The position numbers and the translations under genes are program-made. Below the pieces are notes generated by a model, which worked only from the letters and a program-made list of their open reading frames with translations, did no database searches and was not told where the DNA came from. Positions 12,754-25,282 of a DNA stretch of 64,000 nt are shown piece by piece (the first letter of the stretch is position 1; every line of letters starts with the position of its first letter). Location: NCBI GenBank assembly GCA_951406725.2, contig OX597814.1, positions 152,582,001-152,646,000 of the forward strand, given 5' to 3'. This DNA comes from Octopus vulgaris. Lineage: Eukaryota.

Positions 12754-12837
12754 CAATTTCTTTCTCATCCTCCACATATCACTTCGACTGTAATACTGTT
12801 CTTTGTACAAGAGCTCCACCAAGTCCAAACTGACCTC
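12754..12837 (-). CDS. DEPDC5: DEPDC5 coding exon 5
   Basis: [28 protein letters not shown], matching the DLVEL.FKDQY..R.DMWR motif. Confidence 0.95.
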
Positions 12838-13121
12838 CTACAAACCAGTGAAAATATTTTGATAAATGCAAAAGTATATCTTGTTGTGTCTAGGTAAGGT
12901 CATTATGCCAATAAAAATTTAAACAAACACATGCACAGGTTTAATACCACTTCCTTATTTTACCAACAAACTATGCAATGATTTGTTTAATGTATTGATT
13001 AAACAATCAATCAGTTATTAGTTTTTCTCTATCAGAGTCCTTTCGTCACTATTTATAACCCCATCATTGACATAACTTTACTTGTCAAGATCTGCTTTGA
13101 ATCTGTTTGAGAACTAATCTT

Positions 13122-13168
<47 letters not shown>

Positions 13169-14426
13169 GATGTATGAGTGCTTGCTTACATGTGTGAGTG
13201 GTGTAACTGATTATAGGGAAACTTAACCACTAAAAATATTTCTTAAATCTTGAAAAAGAAAACATTTCGATATCTGGAAGACATTTTTAATGTTATTCTT
13301 CTTAGAACTGTTAATCTCCTCTTTAACTTTTTTTCAAATTTCTTCTATGACTTCTTAAATTTGATGGTTCTAACAAAACAGGATGATTATCAAAACCTAA
13401 ATTACAATCATTTGCATTTGCCCAACTGTTAAACTATCTATTATTGGAAACCCCAACCACCAATTCCTGGCCCATTATTAAGTAATAAATCTCTATGCTT
13501 CTTTTAAGATTATATTATTGGCTGCATTCTACTCCCTCTGAATCAACCAGCTGGACTCACTTCCTTGCTTTTCAACACCACTGCATATTTCCTTTCCTAA
13601 ATATTAATTCCTTGAAAATCAAAATTAAGTGGCTTGTGAAACCACTAACTTTTCAAGTCCCATGTGGACCACATTCCCCCAACAAAGACTACTTCTTGCA
13701 ATAGTGCGATGGCTTATGTGCTTCAATGACCCCAACAGCTATGCCAGCAGAGTGCAAGCTCCTGAAAGGATGTCCTATGCTAGACAGATCAAAGAACAGA
13801 GGCTAGACTGACATGAACCACTTCTTCCCAGAGGTAGAAAATGTGTTTGCATTTGGCCAACATCCCTACCTAGGAAAAAGCAATGTTACAGAAGCATTGA
13901 TGACAATTCAAAGCCAAGACAAAGAAGATAAGTCATCAATGGCCAATGGCCTATGCACCACAGGGAATGATGGGATTACCTAACACATAATAATATGAAG
14001 TACACTCACCAACTTCCCGGTTTGGAAGTGATTGTAAGGTTACAAGTAATGTATCTTCTTTTAAATCAGAAAATCACTTCCTCATAATTACATGAACTAA
14101 ATGGTTAATTTTCTGCCATCTTTCTCTTTTAGAAAAAATTTATTAATGCAGTGATCAAATAAATAAATGTTTTAAGTTGCCAACTCACTGCATAGCATCT
14201 TTGGCTAATGTCTTCTACTAAAGTGTGTGTGTGTGTGTGTGTGTGTCCCACCACTGCTTGACAACCAGTGTTGATGTGTAATGGTTTGGAAAGCAACTGA
14301 TAGAATAAGTACCAGGCTTAAATATAAAAATGTACCAGGGTTGATTCATTTAACTAAAAATTCTTTAAGTTGGTGCCCCAGCATGGCTACAGCCTAATGA
14401 AAGAAACCATTAAAAGATAAACTTAC

Positions 14427-14512
14427 CGTAGGATCAACTTTGTTGACATACACATCATTGTAGGGTTTTAAATGAAAAGCACCAGCAATTGAAGACTCTA
14501 CACTTATACACT
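14427..14512 (-). CDS. DEPDC5: DEPDC5 coding exon 4
   Basis: (E)CISVESSIAGAFHLKPYNDVYVNKVDPT; gtaagt donor. Confidence 0.93.
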
Positions 14513-15039
14513 CTGAAGATAAAAGAAAACCAAAAACAATATTAATTATGAATACTTTGCAATTATTTTGTTCTTGATTTTGTATTATATTTTATCTGTT
14601 GTCATAATAAATATCTGAGAAAGGTACCATGCAGTGAAATTGAACCTGAAACGAAATGACTGCAACCAACTTCTTAACCACACAGCTGTGTTGTTATGAT
14701 AAAAAGATGTTGCTGTTTAGCCCCATGTTATAATGATTGAGCAAACCAATGAGTAAAAACATTCCAACCATGACCAACTGATCTAGATGTAGGAGTACAT
14801 TACCTATGTGTCCTTCATTTTTAAGACAGTAGGATGCGATTTGAGGGAGATTTGGGTACTATTTCAAGCTGATTGAGCAACCATGTAGATGCTACCTCAT
14901 CAGAGAAAGATGTTTACATTGTTACTATCACTTCAGTATTTATTTGATTCATTACATTACCATGACCGGGCTGGAGTTATATAACTGGTGATAACCACAG
15001 TCATGCTAGAAGCTAAAGTGATGAATGACATGGTACAAC

Positions 15040-15390
15040 TAATGCAGGTGACATCTACAACAGAAATGTAGCAGCGAGTTGGCAGTGGAAGTAATGACTG
15101 AAGCGGTACTGCCAATGCAGATGATATCTACTGCAAAAATAGCAGCAGGCTAGCAGTGGAAGTAATGACTGAAGTGGTACTGCCAGTGCAGGTGATATCT
15201 ACTACAGAAATAGCATCCAACTGGCAATAGAAGTGTTCTCTGCAGTTAATCAGGCATTGAAAGATTGAAAGGGACGTCTGCTGCAGGAATAACAGCAGAC
15301 TGACAGTGAAAGAAATGATTTCTGCAGAAGAGTAGCAGATGTAAAAACTGTAGAAGCAATTTGATAGAACCAATGACTGCAGTGGAAGCA
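15040..15390. repeat. Degenerate ~72-bp minisatellite
   Basis: gcagRtgaYatctac recurs at 15044, 15117 and 15188; later units are more diverged. Confidence 0.7.
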
Positions 15391-15796
15391 ATGAGGTGAG
15401 GTCATCATCATCATTATCATCATCGTTTAATGTCTGCTTTCCATGCTAGCATGGGTTGGACGATTTGACTGAGGACTGGCGAACCAGATGGTTGCACCAG
15501 GTTCCAATCGTAATCTGACAGAGTTTCTACAGCTGGATGCCCTTCCTAAAGCCAACTACTCCGAGAGTGTAGTGGGTGCTTTTAAGTGCCACCAGCACAA
15601 GGGCCAGTCAGGCAGTACTGGCAATAACCACACTCAAATGGTGTTTTTTACATGCCACCTGTACAAGAGCCAGTCCAGTGACACTGGGAACAACATCACT
15701 CGAATGTTTTTTCACATGCCACTGACACAAGTGCCAGTAAGGCGACGCTGGTAACAATGAAAATATTGATATAGTTCTTTACAGTTACAAGCATGT

Positions 15797-16593
15797 TTAA
15801 CTCTTAAGCATTCAGATCAGTCAGTCAAATATAATGCTTATTTATTCACATTATTTTGAATTAATCATTACTGTCTTGTAGCTTTGATATTTCAGTTACA
15901 TATTATTTATTTTTAGAATGACATTGTAGTGTAGATGTGAGAGGCCAGATCTGGCCAGTTTGAGCATAAAACAAGTAGAATATTTGGGGCAGACATGGCC
16001 AGTTTCAATGCCAATAGGTTGACCCATTAGCATTCAGATTACTTTCTCAAATCATCATCATCATCATCATCATCATCGTTTAACGTCCGTTTTCCATGCT
16101 AGCATGGGTTGGATGGTTTGACCGGGGTCTGGGAAGCCAGGAGGCTGCACCAGGCTCCAGTCTGATCTGGCAGTGTTTCTACAGCTGGATGCCCTTCCTA
16201 ATGCCAACCATTCCGTGAGTGTAGTGGGTGCTTTTTACATTCCACCGGCACAGGGACCAGGGTAGGCTGACAACAGCCATGATCGGTTGGTGGCACCGAC
16301 CACGTTTGGATGGTGCTTTTTACGTGCCACCGGCATGGGTAACGCAACTACAATTTCAATTTGATTTACTTGACTCAATAGGTCTCCTCAAGCATAGCAG
16401 GTCACCCTACAATCCAAGGTACACAGCAGGTCGCCCATACATTATCACATCGCTTAAAGATTTTGATGGTGTGATTGTTTATTTTTGAATGATATTGTCA
16501 GGTAGGTGTGGGAGGCCAGATCTCGCCAGTTTGAAAATAGAACAAGTAGAATAGTTGGGCCTGGAACAGCTGGTTTAGCTGCTAAAAGGTTAA
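15797..16593. mobile_element. Two tandem piggyBac-like (TTAA) MITEs, the second interrupted by an RTE-tail repeat
   Basis: ttaac(c)cttagcatt...aatgctaaagggttaa-type termini; related copies at 47581-47805 and 57114-57340. Confidence 0.65.
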
Positions 16594-17510
16594 TATTACT
16601 GTCAGATGACTAACAGGTTCTCATAATGCTTATGTTGTAAGCGTTGAATGCCAACAGGGTCTGAACCTGTTGTGTAAGAGATAAATTTAGAGATTAAGAG
16701 ATAAGTGAATTGAGAAAATGGTCGGTTCTTGGATACAGTAACAGGGCTTAGGCAGAGGGGGAAAAAGGCAATGCCTAGAACATTTGAGAGGCTGTGAGTG
16801 TTGAGTGAAAGAGAGGAAGAAACTGCAACTTATGGGTTATCTTCATACCTCAGACAGATAACTCAAATGCCTGCAATAGAGTGGATTTCACTGAGGATAG
16901 CCAAGGATCAGGTGATGTTTAGACTGAGTGAAGGATTACATCTGTCACATAAAGTAATCAAGAAAGGTGACTAATTTGTTTGAATTGATGATGCAGTTAA
17001 AAACAAACAAAAAGATTTTTTTTTTTCTAATTTTTGGCACAAGGCCAGCAATTCTGAGGGAGAGGGGCAAGCTTATTACATTGACTCTTAGTACTTTACT
17101 GGTACTTTATTTTATCAACCCCAAAAGGATGAAAGGCAAAGTTGATCTCAGCACCATTTCTACACAGAATGTAAAGAGTCAGAAATACTACACAGCATTT
17201 TGTCTGATGTGCTAACAATTCTGCCAGCTCACTGCCTTACAAATAACAATAAATCATATATTTCATTTCTCAGCTACAATAAGAAAAAAACATCAAAGTT
17301 TCAAGTGAGAGAGAGAGAGAGAGGAGGAGGAGGAGAGGAGGGGAAGCTTGTTCTTAGTTTTTCCAGCTCATGTCAGCATTTAAAAATAGGACAGCAAACA
17401 ATGATAATGAGATATATAAGATAACGCTTAATATTTTTGGAGAGTGGAGTGTTTTTTTTACTTTGTATGTGGTGTTTTTTTCTTTCTTTAACATAAATAG
17501 AATATTTTAC

Positions 17511-17560
17511 CTTTAGCCTGTAAGTCTTCTGTTAAAGTATTCACTTGAAGAAGCAATCGG
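17511..17560 (-). CDS. DEPDC5: DEPDC5 coding exon 3
   Basis: (S)RLLLQVNTLTEDLQAK(E); AG/GT boundaries, phase consistent. Confidence 0.93.
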
Positions 17561-17718
17561 CTGTGAAAGAGAATATTTTTAGAGTTTAATGGAGATTATT
17601 TTGACACTTAGTGGTTATACATATAGGTGTGATATCTATTAAACTTGACAACAAAAACACTTGGTTTCAAAGCTGCAAGATTCTTTTAAAAGCTCAACAA
17701 TTTTTTACAAAAACACTT

Positions 17719-18250
17719 ACAAAGGGTGTTCATTAAATATTTCCTCTGACCTACTTTCCAAGGGCTGGGATAAACAAAATTTGGCACAATTATTAGTCCT
17801 TCTCTACATAGCCACCACCAATGGTGACACACTTCTCCTATCGTTTTATGCAGCTGTGAAGACCTTGTCTGTAGAAGTTGGTAGGTTGCATCTGAAGCCA
17901 AGACTTTACCTCGGAAATAAGTCCATCATCATATGAAAAGTGCTTTCCCTTCAAACAAGACTTCATGATGGGAAGGAAGTGGAAGTCAGATGGTGCAATG
18001 TCAGGAGAGTAAAGGGGATGAGGAAAGATTTCATAGCTGCAGGAGTGTGCTTCATCTGGGCAACATGCACATTGTGACCTGGGATGTTGTCTCAGAAGAG
18101 GCGGACTCCTTAGGTCAGCATGCCACACCTCTCTCTCTCTCTCTGTCTTGATAGTGTCCCGCAATTTTGGCAGCAGAAAAGCATATGCCCCATTAATTGT
18201 GGTGCTCTTTGCCAGAAAATTCATCATTACTATGCGCTGGTCCAAAAAAA
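17719..18250 (-). mobile_element. Mariner fragment (internally deleted)
   Basis: HPLYSPDIAPSDFHFLP..K..LKGKHF motif; TIR-like end near 17720. Confidence 0.8.
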
Positions 18251-18574
18251 CTTTTTACATGCCACCAACACATGAGCCAGTCAGGCAGGCCTGGCATTGA
18301 TCACGTTCAGATAATGCCTTTTACATGCCACCAGCATGGGAGCCAGTCATGTGGGGTGCTGGCATCGGCCACGTTCAGATGGTGCTTTTTATGTGCCAAC
18401 TTCTAAAATACAAAATTTTGTCATAAATGTTCAAAGTAAACCATGTTCTGCATGAGAAATTCCACCAGTATACGAAGTTTCAAACTGTTTACTTAAAAAA
18501 AATTAATTAAAAAATCTGTGAGCCAAATTGAACAGATCCATAAATGTATTTAAAATGCAAAAAGTTGTAATTTA

Positions 18575-18979
18575 TCTATACCTATAAACGGCAAAATATC
18601 TGTGTGTCTGCGTGTCCTTTATACAAATCCAAAGTTTTTCACACAAAAGGCTCACATTTTCTATGGCCTTTCAAAACTGACTGAGGGTGGTCATGAAGAT
18701 CTTTTCATTTCCCCAGTCACTCCAGAAAGCCATTAAAAAATAAATTGATAAACCGACCCCTTATGCCCATAAGTTATGGGCATATGGGCATTGCCAAAGT
18801 CCAATGAATATTAATTACTCTCATAAAAAGCTCCAACTAGTTCATAAACAACAAAACTGGCCCGGGCTGAAATGTGATAAGAAACTTAGCTTTTGATTTA
18901 GTGAGAAATTTTTACTACTACCCAGCAACGAACAACAAGCACTAGCACTAGACCCAGCAATGCCAGGTCATAGTGCTAG
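18575..18979 (+). mobile_element. Non-autonomous Helitron
   Basis: 5' TCTATACCTATAAA, 3' hairpin gacccagcaatgccaggtc followed by CTAG, inserted between A and T. Confidence 0.7.
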
Positions 18980-19123
18980 TGATAGAATAAAACAATTTAA
19001 ACTGATTAACTAAAATCATATTTCTAATTGCATTTCATAAGAATTATTCCAAAACAACATATAATCACATGAAGAGTATTAAATGTTTGAATGAGTGGTT
19101 TAGACAGCATATAGATTCTGTAC

Positions 19124-19211
19124 CTGTAATTTACTTGGGCATTATAAATCTCAAGTACATCTCCTTGGTTTATTCCTGGGAAATCTTTCGGATTGATGAG
19201 AAGGTCATACT
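19124..19211 (-). CDS. DEPDC5: DEPDC5 coding exon 2
   Basis: (E)YDLLINPKDFPGINQGDVLEIYNAQVNY(S); ttttacag acceptor, AG|gtacag donor; 88 nt. Confidence 0.93.
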
Positions 19212-19690
19212 CTGTAAAAGAATTAAATAAAAAAAAACTAGTGAATGAATGGAAAATCTTTTAGATGGTAAAGTTGCTAAAGTTGAATGAAGGTTGTGGG
19301 TGGGGAAAAGCATCTAGAAACTTTCTCCAAGATTACATAAAACAAATTTTTATATGGTTATAAAATAAATCATGATTACTGAATAACAATTAAAATAATA
19401 TTGTTGTTGCATCTCTGGAAGGTCATTTTACCAATTAAAGCACAAACACTTATATTTCACTTCTTTTTTATTATAATTAGTCAACTAGTTAATTAAATAA
19501 CTGACTAACAATTAGCGTGACCAATCATTTGATCAATCAATCGATTTATCAAAGTTCTTTTGTCACCATCTGCAATCCCATGAATAGTATGCCCACATCT
19601 GTTCCAAGTTTATCTGCTTTATTGGCAAAAATTACTCTCGCAAACTATATCATCTGTGTCAACAAATACTTTCATATCAAGAATCTTTTA

Positions 19691-19691
<1 letters not shown>

Positions 19692-19776
<85 letters not shown>

Positions 19777-19811
19777 ATGTATGTATGTATGTATGTATGT
19801 ATGTATGTATG
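19692..19811. repeat. (TG)n(TATG)n microsatellite
   Basis: Directly visible. Confidence 0.95.
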
Positions 19812-20490
19812 TCATCATCATCATCGTTTAACGTCCACTTCCCATGCTGGCTTGGGTTGGACAGTTTGACTGAGGGCTGGCAAGTCAGAAGGCTGCACCA
19901 GGCTCCAATCTGATCTGGCAAAGTTTCTATAGCTGGATGCCCTTCATAACACCAACCACTCCAAGAGTATAGTGGGTGCTTTTTATATGCCACCGGCACG
20001 AGGGCCAGTCAGGAGGTACTAGCATCGACCATGCTCAAATGGTGCTTTTTACATGCCATCAGCACAGGAGCCAGTCAGGTGACACTGGCAGCGATCACAC
20101 TTGAATGGTGCCTTTTATGGTCTCAACTTCAATAGAAAAATATAGTCAAGAGCAATTCCACTGCTTGAATCATACTTTACTTCACAGGCAAAGTAAGCTG
20201 ATCTAAAAATAATTATTATTATAATAATAAATTTTATCTCTAAGTTATCCAATTTTATCTGTGTTGAGATCAAAGAAAGAGATTTTCATAAGCATCTTCA
20301 AATAGTAGACATTTCCACTTGTTTGATAACTCATTGTTTAGAGTTCAAATCCTGCTGAGGACTTCGACTTTTATCCCTGATTTTTCAATAAATAAGTACT
20401 AAGAATATATTAAGATCAAATTTTGTCTCACTATAAAAGATGTCTACTCAATAGAAATCAAATTTTTTTTTTAATAGTTGCAAATAGAGA

Positions 20491-20694
20491 TTAATCCATT
20501 CATTAAAATATTTCTGTTGAAATATACTACCCATTTTTTTTTTCAAGTAATTTTGAAAATAATGAAGAATTTATTAAGCTGGTATTTTAAACAAATTATT
20601 GTTGGAAGGTTTTAGTTTAGATCACTTTAAAACAGGAAGCTTGTATTATGGAACCAGGAGTGATTCTTAGGCAGGTTGTTATCAAAAGGGTTAA
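20491..20694. mobile_element. Second TTAA MITE family
   Basis: ttaatccattc ... atcaaaagggttaa; related copies at ~60272-60501 and ~280-508. Confidence 0.6.
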
Positions 20695-23674
20695 TGTGTG
20701 TTAATCTCGGAAAAAATGTCATAGAAAGAAACAACCTATAAAACTATTGAACAACATACAACTAAACTTATGAAATATCTGGTAATGTAAAACGTCCATA
20801 CAAATAGTTTGTTAAAAAATAACATTGGGAGTGTCAAGGTACAAAGCTGAAGTTGTTTAGCCCAAGCCAAATCTGAATGAACAGGTCCATAATTATAAAT
20901 TTCATGCCAAACTCATCCTATCTCTTCTTTTTCAGACAAAAAAAACCCCAAATATATACAGTCCTGTGTTGGGAAGATGTGCTTTGCTTAAATATTAAAA
21001 CAATTATTTTTGGTTGTTGTTGCTGTTGTTTTCTCACAACTTAGTCAAAGAGGAAGAGTGGTGCCAGTTCAGTCACTCCTAGACTAGTTCCATTAATACA
21101 GCTGATGTTTAATATGAATGTGTAGAAGTCAGTTTCATCATCATCACCATCATCGTTTAACATCCATTTTCCATGCTAGCATGGGTTGGACGGTTCGACC
21201 GGGGTCTGGGAAGCCAGGAGGCTGCACCAGGCTCCAGTCTAATTTGGCAGTGTTTCTACAGCTGGATGCTCTTCTTAACGCCAACCACTCTGTTAGTGTA
21301 GTGGGTGCTTTTTACATGCCACCGGCACAGGAGCCAGAGGAGGCTGGCAGCGGCCACGATCGGTTGGTGCTTTTTACGTGCCACTGGCATGGAAGCCAGT
21401 AAAGGTGGCGCTGGCATCGGCCACGTTCGGATGGTGCTTTTTATGTGCCACCAGCACAGGTATCACAACTACAATTTACATTTGATTTTTATTTTGATGT
21501 TGATGTACTTGATTCAATAGGAAGAAAATGAAAAAAAAAATGAGCAGGCAGGGATGATTCCTGATGGTTAAAATCCTGGAAAGGAAATGTTGACATAAAA
21601 TGTTTAATGAAAGGTCTGAGAGGTATGACACAACAGGGATGACAAGAGGATGGCGAAGTGAGCCTGGGTAGAGTGGTGAAGCAGCTAACACATATAGAGC
21701 AGTAGAGGCCAACGTAATAGCAGCAAAATGAACAAGAACAACTTTCTGTGCATATTCTATGTATGGTTCATACAGTATTGGTTGCTTTTTCTGATGAGTT
21801 GTAGTGCACCTGAGTACTGTATACAATAAGTTCATTATTATTACATACCTATTTCTTTACTACCCACAAGGGGCTAAACAGAGAGGGGACAAACAAGGAC
21901 AGACAAACGGATTAAGTCGATTACATCGACCTCCGTGCGTAACTGGTACTTATTTAATCGACCCTGAAATGATGAAAGGCAAAGTCAACCTCGGCGGAAT
22001 TTTAACTTAGAACGTAGTGGCATACCAGTGGCTGGAGTATGTTGGTGAGTGAATTTTTGCCAATCAGTAGAATGGATTTTTTATTAGACCATTCCTTTGA
22101 CTGAGCTCATCATCATTCAAAAACTACCCAAACTAGAGGTGTGGCTGTGTGGTTAAGCAGCTTGTTTCTTGACCATGGCACCACAGGCAAAGTCTTCTAC
22201 TAAAGCCCTAGACTGACCAAAGCCTTGTAAGTGGATTTGGTAGGGGGAAAGTGAAAGAAGCCCATCATATATATGTGTGAGTGTCTAAGCATGTAAATGT
22301 GAACATGTGTATATTGACTTACGGTATTGGTTTGTTTACATTCACAAAAGTTAGCGATTTGGCAAAAGAAACCAACAGAATAGGTACCAGGCTTTAAAAA
22401 AAATAAGAACAACTCAAAGATGCCTTGTAAAAGGCATTGGTGTTGATACTGGTGTGTCAGGTAAAAAGTAATGGTGATGGTACCCTGTAAAAGCATGGGG
22501 ACAGTGTCACATAAAAAGCCCCAGTACACTGTAAAGAGGTTGGTGTTAGGAAGGGCATCAAACTGTAGAAAATATGCCAAAACAAACTTGGTGTGACCCC
22601 TGGCCTTGCTAGTTCTTGTCAAGCCATTCAACCCATGAGAGCATGGGAAATGGAAATGGAAATGGACGATGATGATGATGATGGGGTTGATTTGTTCAAC
22701 TAAACTCTTCAAGGTGATGTCCTGGCATGGCCACTGTCCAATAACTAAGACAAGTTAAAGGTGAAAGAGCTGGAACCATTTCATTTTAAAGCCATTCTCT
22801 TGACTGAGTTTTTCAGCTTGCCATTGAAATCATCATCATCATCTTCATCATTTAACGTTTGTTATCCATGCTGGCATTGGTTGGACAGTGTGACCAGGTT
22901 GGCATGCTGGAAAGCTGCACAAGACTTCAGCCTGATTCGGTATGGTTTTTTTATGGCTAGATGCCCTTCCTAAGGCCAACCACTCTGAGAGTGTAATGGG
23001 TGCTTTTATGTGTCACTGGCATAAGTGCCATTTGCATTATACCGGGCTGCTTTTACATGCCACTGGTACAGGTGCCAATTTGCATGACACCGGTATCTGT
23101 CATGTCTGTGATTTTGCTCAACTTGATGAAACAAATGAAACAAAATATTGAACCTTAAAAATAAAGAATTATCTCACCATTCTAACACAAGAGAATATAT
23201 GCAAAAGAGTAGAATAGCAAAAAAAAAAACATCTACCAATTTTATCATGAAAAACAATCCATGTGACAGAATAAATTAAAAACTAAGACAATTTCACAAT
23301 GCTGTCAGGGTTGATAAAATAAGTACCAGTTATGCACTGGGGTTGATTTAAATTCCGTCAAGGTCGACTTTGCCTTTCATCCTTTAGGGGTCGATAAATT
23401 AAGTACCAGTTACGCACTGGGGTCAATGTAATTGATTTAATCCCTTTGTCTGTTCCCTCTATGTTTAGTCCCTTGTTGGTAGTAAAGAAATAGATAGTAA
23501 GATCATAGTTTTACTTATAAAATATAATGTCTCACAACCATGGAGTATAACCATTTGCACACAAACATCATAAAGTCTACCTTTCATTCTGAGAGATACA
23601 TGCACAACATATTGGTTATTGTAATACAGACATCATCCTATCTAACCTAGTATGTTATCAAAATAATAAAACAA

Positions 23675-23717
<43 letters not shown>

Positions 23718-24343
23718 ATTTACCATGTGAACTACAATGAAAAATATACGAGAAAGATAAAGTATATAATTTTTTTGTGCAGAGGTTCCATGAGACATGT
23801 AATTTATTTTAAGGGTTATGCAAGGATAAAAAGGCTGAGAAACACTGGTCAACATAGTCAGTCACAAGACATTGGTCAGTCTGGGACTATAATAGAACAC
23901 ACCCAAGGTACCATGCAGTGAGACCATATAAACCTGAAACCATATGATTGCAAAGTGAGCTTCATAACCACACGGCCATGCCTGTACCTATCCCAGTATT
24001 TTCTTTATGTGATTGCTTTCAGATATGAAAAAATACCCGAACTTCCCATAACTCATAATTACACAGTTAGTGTTGAGACAGTTGTAATTATATTTAGATA
24101 ATCATCCGGATGGGTAGGGTTAAACAAGCAAAGTTTTTGTCTATGAAGATACTTCTAGAGCTGAGTTAGAAACAGCGAGAAAGAAATAACACAATAAATG
24201 AAGTAAAAACAAGTCATCAAAAAGGAAGTGGGAGCATGAAATGTGATGACACAAGTTCAAGATCAGAAATGGTGAGCACCATTATCTAAAGAGCTGTCAA
24301 TGGGAGAATGATAGCAAAACTTCTAGTGTTAAATTTTCAAATA

Positions 24344-25215
24344 TGAGGTCTGATAAATAAGTATCCGGACTGTTGCCATAGTAACGAAGCTAAAGCATGT
24401 AGAGTGAAGCCACTTGGCACATATTGACCTTGAACTCTGCTGTGCGTGTGCACTAAGTTTTAATGTTCCAGCTCACTTCTGCTTTTTACCGCTGTGCTTG
24501 GAAGGAAGGTGTGTAGCATGTGATCGTTGCATTGACCATAACAGAGAAAGCTGTCACGGCGATACCTGCTCAGAGGCCTGCGCAAAGTTGCAGAAAGTGT
24601 GTGTGCTGCACACAAGTGTGTGAGTGGGTCAAGTGTTTCCATGATGACCAAAAAAATGTCAATATTGACGAATGTTCTAGGAGACTTGCAACCAGCAGAA
24701 CTAAGGAAAATTTCACAGATGTGCATACTGCTGTGATGAGAAATCATCAAATCACCATCCTTGAGTTGCTAGAGGGTGTGCAGATTAGTTATGGTTCAAT
24801 TCAGTCTGTTATTACTGAAGATTTGGGTATGAAATGCATGTCTGCTAAGTTTGTACCAAAACTGCTTTGAGCTGACCAAAAAGACACTCAGGTTTCAGTT
24901 GCACACGATCTCCTTGATTGTGTCAAGAACAATGAAAACCATTTGAAAACTTTGTGTAAGCCTCTGAGTAGGTATTACCAAGCTTTTTGATGCAGAGTCT
25001 CTGCTCAACTTTCTCTGTCATGGTCAATGCGATGATCACACACTACACACCTTCCTTCCAAGCACTGCTGTAAACAGGGAAACTGAGCTAGAACATTAAA
25101 ACTTCGGGCACATGCACAGCAAAGTTGAAGGTCAGTTTGTGCCAAGCTGCTTCACTCTGCATGCTTTAGCTTCGTTACTATGGCAACAGTCTGGATACTT
25201 ATTAATCAGACTACA
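24344..25215 (+). mobile_element. Non-autonomous mariner derivative with ~200-bp TIRs
   Basis: 24344-24550 is the reverse complement of ~25010-25215; internal transposase N-terminal remnant (..EWVK.F...ISYGSIQSVITEDLGM...SAKFVPKLL). Confidence 0.85.
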
Positions 25216-25282
25216 TTTAGCTCCACTCACCTGTCAAGAAAGGCACAATGGATATTAGATAGTAATAATAATCTATTATTAT

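Noticed and set aside
16620-16950. Possible Penelope RT remnant (also a GIY-YIG-like trace at ~10700-11050)
   Set aside because: Too degenerate to support by eye; needs tBLASTx or HMM search
22200-22712. 170-aa minus-strand ORF
   Set aside because: Spans fused SINE and RTE-tail repeats; no protein motif
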